From NCBI GenBank assembly GCA_045650505.1, contig JAZRRE010000030.1:78285-142284 (forward strand): DNA of 64,000 nucleotides. Direction: 5' to 3'. Origin of the DNA: Clostridia bacterium. GTDB taxonomy: Bacteria > Bacillota > Clostridia > Christensenellales > UBA1242. The position numbers and the translations under genes were made by a program. Of this stretch, positions 60,111 to 64,000 are shown piece by piece. Each line of letters begins with the position of its first letter. Positions within the stretch are counted from its first letter, which is position 1. Below the pieces are notes generated by a model. That model made no database searches, was not told the DNA's origin, and saw nothing but the letters and a program-made list of their open reading frames with translations.

Positions 60111-61592
60111 CTATACAAATAATTCAAGTGTAAGTCTTAAATATAGGTTTTCACTTTCAGTGTTTTCAGCTAATTTTTTGTAAAAAGAAAAACCCTGATT
60201 ATCAGGGCTTCTCAATGGATTGTTTAGAGTGATTTCTATTTTATCATCAAACAACTTTATTTCTTTAATTAGATAATCAACTAATACTTTACTTTCTTTT
60301 GTAAGTGCTAGTTGATAATACTTTTTAATATCACTTTCAGTTAATTTTATATCTTCTTTATTTTTTTCAATTAATATTTGATGTTCTATTTCTTTTAATC
60401 TTTCTTCAATCTCTTTCATTCTTTTATTTGTTGTGTTATTGAAAACCCCACATTCTATTGCATTCATAATATTTTCAAGCGAACTATTAAGTTTGCTTTT
60501 TTCTTTTTTCAATGTTTGCAAAAGTGTATTACACTCTGCTTGATTGTTTTGAATTTTCAATAATGTTTTTACTAAGTTATTCATTATATCTTGATTCTTC
60601 AATTTGCTAATTAAAGATTTAACGATATAATCTTCTAAAAGTTCTTTCTTTTCAGTTTTCTTTAAACAAGTGTTAAGTCTTTTCTTTCTACCAGAACATT
60701 TGTAATAACAAAGTTTTGTTCCATTTCTGCTATTGCCACATTCAGCACAAATTGGCATTCCACAATAGCCACATATCATTTTGTGTCTAAACAAATATGT
60801 TAATCTAACACTTCGTGTTCCAAGTTTATTTGCATCAATTTTCTTTCGAACTTTGTCATAAATTTCTGGCGAAACGATTTGTGGATACATGTTTTCAATT
60901 ACTTCATCTTCGTGTCTATAAACACCAGAATATTTTTCGTTTTTCAAAATACAATAAACCGTGTTTCTCGCAAATGGTTTATTTTTATTTAAAATACCAT
61001 TGTTTGTTAATGCTCTAATTATTTCATGCACAAACATTCCACTTGCATATTGTTCAAATATGAATCTTACAATTTCTGCTTTTTCTTCATCAATTACAAT
61101 TTTTCGTCCGTCTAGTTTATAACCATAAAGTAATGTTCCACCTTGAAAATAACCTTTAATTCTTGTTTCTTTCATACCACGCTTAACCTTTCTTGCAAGT
61201 TCAGCAGAGTAGTATTCATTGATGTTTACAATAACACCTTTTAAAATTTTACCTTCGGCTGTGTCTGGTATGTTTTCAGTTGCTGAAAGTAAAGATACAT
61301 TATTCACATTTAATGTATGTTCGTGAATTGCTGTTTCATATTGGTTTCTTGAAAATCTATCAAGTTTATAAACCAATACATAGTCCCACTGTTTTTTAGA
61401 ACTATCACTAAGCATTCTTTTAAACTCTGGTCGATTATCGTTTGTTCCAGTCATGGCTCTATCGATATATTCATCAAGAATGATTATATCATTTCTTAAA
61501 GCATAGTCATTGCAAACTCTAAGCTGACCTTCGATAGATTGCTCTGTTTGGCTATTGCTAGAATATCTAGCATATATAACTGCTGTTTTCAT
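60111..61592 (-). CDS. Large serine recombinase
   Basis: YARYSS, SIEGQ, DRFSRN, recombinase domain, CGYCG..YYKC zinc ribbon, coiled coil. Confidence 0.95.
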   Translation of the reverse strand: MKTAVIYARYSSNSQTEQSIEGQLRVCNDYALRNDIIILDEYIDRAMTGTNDNRPEFKRMLSDSSKKQWDYVLVYKLDRFSRNQYETAIHEHTLNVNNVSLLSATENIPDTAEGKILKGVIVNINEYYSAELARKVKRGMKETRIKGYFQGGTLLYGYKLDGRKIVIDEEKAEIVRFIFEQYASGMFVHEIIRALTNNGILNKNKPFARNTVYCILKNEKYSGVYRHEDEVIENMYPQIVSPEIYDKVRKKIDANKLGTRSVRLTYLFRHKMICGYCGMPICAECGNSRNGTKLCYYKCSGRKKRLNTCLKKTEKKELLEDYIVKSLISKLKNQDIMNNLVKTLLKIQNNQAECNTLLQTLKKEKSKLNSSLENIMNAIECGVFNNTTNKRMKEIEERLKEIEHQILIEKNKEDIKLTESDIKKYYQLALTKESKVLVDYLIKEIKLFDDKIEITLNNPLRSPDNQGFSFYKKLAENTESENLYLRLTLELFV

Positions 61593-61621
61593 TTATCAAT
61601 TTCTCCTTTCTAAATTATTTG

Positions 61622-61781
61622 ATTATCTTTCGACAGGAGCGAAATAAACGAAACAGCCAGAGCAAACAAGGACCAAGAAAACTATTGTGTTTTTATTTTT
61701 AATTTCTCATAAGCACTCCACAATCTTTTTCCCTTGTTTGAAATGGAGGGTTCGTTTACGCTCCACAAGGCGAAAGATAAT
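61622..61781. repeat. 160-nt rod-like hairpin between rep and recombinase
   Basis: Nested pairs attatctttcg/cgaaagataat, ggagcg/cgctcc, taaacgaa/ttcgttta, caaacaagg/ccttgtttg, attgtg/cacaat. Confidence 0.75.
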
Positions 61782-62699
61782 TTAATTTGTTTTCGGCATT
61801 TGAGAAATTGTTTCTTTGCTTACTTTTCCAATTAAAACACCTTCATCAAGGCAATGGAAATCATCAAACAGCAGTAGCTTTTTATCTTCTATTCCTATTT
61901 TACAAACTACATCATCGGGCAAAATGTCAGATACGAAATATGTCGGCAAGTTCTTTGAATAAACTATTTTTTCGCCAGTCTTTTCCATATATTTCATTAG
62001 ATATGCCACACATGAAGATAAGTCATCTTTGGTTATTATTGGTTTGAAGTCATTTCTTCCAAATCTCTCTAAAAAATAAGAGTTTTGAATAGCTGTCTGC
62101 ATTTGATGTTTTGTTGTGTTATAGTCTTTGGTTTCTATAAAGTCGCCAACCATATTTGGTGTATAGAACAAACCATGAAAATGCAGTCGATTGTTTATTG
62201 GACTTCGTTCCCAGACTCCTGCATATTTCCAACCACGCCTATAACACAATTTCTTGAAACAATTACTCAATGTCTTTTTAAATTGTTGTTCATCACATTT
62301 TTTGTCATCGTAGGTAAATGTGCAAAAATAATCCCACGCTTGTAAATTTACTTTTCTCATTAATCTAACTTTCCTTACTATTGCATTTCTTCTTTTTCTT
62401 TCCATATTCATACTTATAAATTCCTTTAAACTTTCTTCATCTTTAAATTTATCTTTTAACTTTTCACTTAATACTTTTTTCTTTTCTTTCTTACTTAAAT
62501 TCAAATTTTCTTTATAGACTTCTTCAAATATTTCTTTATTACTTAATTCTTTCTTTTCTTTACTTTCTTTCTTTTCATTTTCTTTTTTCTGCAATACATC
62601 TTTATTATTTTTTCGTTTCTTCCAAGGTTGCTTTTGGTGTGGAATCCCAATGTAGTGAGAACCATCAAAATAAATCTTGGTTTTTGCATAATCTTCCAT
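61782..62699 (-). CDS. HUH rolling-circle replication initiator / relaxase-like protein
   Basis: Motif I FCTFTY, motif II RLHFHGL, motif III YLMKYMEK. Confidence 0.88.
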   Translation of the reverse strand: MEDYAKTKIYFDGSHYIGIPHQKQPWKKRKNNKDVLQKKENEKKESKEKKELSNKEIFEEVYKENLNLSKKEKKKVLSEKLKDKFKDEESLKEFISMNMERKRRNAIVRKVRLMRKVNLQAWDYFCTFTYDDKKCDEQQFKKTLSNCFKKLCYRRGWKYAGVWERSPINNRLHFHGLFYTPNMVGDFIETKDYNTTKHQMQTAIQNSYFLERFGRNDFKPIITKDDLSSCVAYLMKYMEKTGEKIVYSKNLPTYFVSDILPDDVVCKIGIEDKKLLLFDDFHCLDEGVLIGKVSKETISQMPKTN

Positions 62700-62809
62700 T
62701 ATGTCTTTTTATGCAAACTTAGAATTTGCTCAAAAATAATCTTGTAAAAGTTGTTGTCAAAAACAGCTGTATCAAGTTTATTTTTGAAAATAATCTTTTG
62801 TTTTTGCAT
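62699..62809 (-). CDS. 36-aa protein coupled to rep
   Basis: MQKQKIIFKNKLDTAVFDNNFYKIIFEQILSLHKKT; AGGAGG RBS; TAATG overlap with rep. Confidence 0.7.
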   Translation of the reverse strand: MQKQKIIFKNKLDTAVFDNNFYKIIFEQILSLHKKT

Positions 62810-62844
62810 TATAAACCTCCTTGTTTAGATTTTTGTGCATAGAA

Positions 62845-63015
62845 CTAATTGTTTCTAAGCATTTTGTTTTCAACTTTATATGAGAAATTTCTATAACTCA
62901 TAACTTTAAATGCTTCTTCTAATAACTGAAATTGGTTGTCAATAAAACGAGTCAATTCAGCATCAGACATTTCTTCTAGCATTTCTTCAAGTTTTGCTTT
63001 TGTAATTTCTTTCAT
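62845..63015 (-). CDS. 56-aa hypothetical protein
   Basis: MKEITKAKLEEMLEEMSDAELTRFIDNQ...; AGGAGG RBS. Confidence 0.75.
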   Translation of the reverse strand: MKEITKAKLEEMLEEMSDAELTRFIDNQFQLLEEAFKVMSYRNFSYKVENKMLRNN

Positions 63016-63048
63016 GTTATAAACCTCCTTTAATTTATTTTTTAAGCC

Positions 63049-63113
63049 AAAAAAAAGTGCGTAGCCTAAAAGAGAATAGATTTTTACATCTATACACTTT
63101 TGGAACTACGCAC
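63049..63113 (-). terminator. Terminator/attenuator in leader of rep operon
   Basis: gtgcgtag...ctacgcac long stem followed by T8, downstream of TTGACA-18-TATACT (63270-63241). Confidence 0.7.
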
Positions 63114-63543
63114 GTATACAGCAACCACTGTCTCTCAGCGAGAATCTCGGCTTGCTATCGCTAGTTTACCACAAAGATTTTTTGACTTATTATTTACAAT
63201 TGTTTTCTATTTGAAAAACAGATTTAACAATTGCAAGCTCAGTATAAACTATTAAAAAATGACTTGTCAATAGTTTTGAATGGGGTGAAAATCTCAAGTC
63301 CCATTTTTAGGACATGATATTAAAAATTTTCAAATTTGAATATAAAAAGATGTTATGCATTTGTGAAAAAATGATACATCTTTGCAAGATTTTGAAGTAA
63401 AAGTGTGAAGCAATAGCGAAAACAAAGCAAAACGGGGGCGGAGAAAATTGTGCGGGCAATCGTGGAAAGTTTACGCACGATGCCCCACAATTCGACCCCG
63501 TTTGGTTTGCACGGGGTTTAGTTTAATTTTTTTGAATAGAAAA

Positions 63544-63603
63544 AGACGTGTGCTTGTCTGGTGGAGCGAAGCGACACCACTTGTTCAAGACAAGCACACG
63601 TCT
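63544..63603. other. Candidate double-strand origin / oriT cruciform
   Basis: Perfect 16-bp IR agacgtgtgcttgtct/agacaagcacacgtct around a GCGAAGC mini-hairpin. Confidence 0.6.
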
Positions 63604-63643
63604 GAGTGCCAAATAAAAAAAGAGATGTGTTATTACACACCTC

Positions 63644-64000
63644 TTAACATCTAGATTCATGACAAGAAAAATAGATTAGTTGATAAGTTTTAGATAATTC
63701 TTGTAAAAATTGTTTTGCATTTTCTACTTTTGTTTCATCCATATTTACAAATGGGTCATCTAAAACTATAAATGGTTTTTCTTTATCAAATAATGAATCG
63801 ATTAATGCCAAACGCATACATAAATCAATAGTATTTCTATAACCTTTACTATAATAATCAACAGCTCTATATTTTCCATATTCTTCAAAAGAAATATTAA
63901 AGTCTGTATCTAATTGAAGATTTTCAAAATCTTTACTAGTAATAAGTTTTAAATACTTATTTAATCCATTTTTCATTGGGTCTAAAAATTTAGTTGTTAA
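63644..64000 (-). CDS. SMC-like/YhaN AAA ATPase, C-terminal part
   Basis: YSKGYR..LCMRLAL, LDDPFVNMD, QLIYFSCH; frame open to the window edge. Confidence 0.85.
   Translation of the reverse strand, partial: LTTKFLDPMKNGLNKYLKLITSKDFENLQLDTDFNISFEEYGKYRAVDYYSKGYRNTIDLCMRLALIDSLFDKEKPFIVLDDPFVNMDETKVENAKQFLQELSKTYQLIYFSCHESRC

Larger units (their letters stand above)
59698..64000 (-). mobile_element. Integrative element with serine recombinase and rolling-circle Rep (continues past right edge)
   Basis: tRNA remnant boundary, recombinase, HUH Rep, origin-like hairpins, visibly different codon usage. Confidence 0.8.

Noticed and set aside
63448-63654. 68-aa + strand ORF
   Set aside because: Overlaps origin-like hairpins, weak start, atypical composition
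1-64000. CRISPR array, rRNA, IS transposase, reverse transcriptase or phage structural genes
   Set aside because: No regularly spaced repeats or diagnostic motifs seen by eye

Overview
AT-rich chromosomal window from a probably spore-forming Clostridia-type Firmicute (sigH-like sigma factor, CwlD-like amidase, sigmaG/E-like promoters). Most of it is housekeeping (tex, tandem thyX, folD, pgi, gltX, mrnC-rlmB-sigH-dnaX-ebfC-recR, transporters, scattered glycan genes) interspersed with orphan genes. From a tRNA 3' remnant at 59698 to the right edge lies an integrative element with a large serine recombinase, an HUH rolling-circle Rep, several long hairpins and a YhaN/SMC-like ATPase. Main observations: (1) a WYL regulator downstream of a four-gene small-protein operon (21-aa hydrophobic peptide, 37 aa, 82 aa, stand-alone FtsK gamma domain), both promoters carrying AAATCC-N8-GGATTT in place of a -35 box, a candidate SOS-independent DNA-damage/division checkpoint; (2) dnaX split at TTT CCC AGA TAA, so full-length tau would need a +1 frameshift; (3) a 47-bp fixed-spacing motif directly after five stop codons; (4) signal-peptide-less toxin-like orphans (zeta kinase, ART, transglutaminase-like, GNAT) with Pro/Gln-rich C-terminal tails; (5) an XRE repressor switch whose divergent promoter has no convincing ORF. 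All calls come from reading motifs by eye; no database searches were run.
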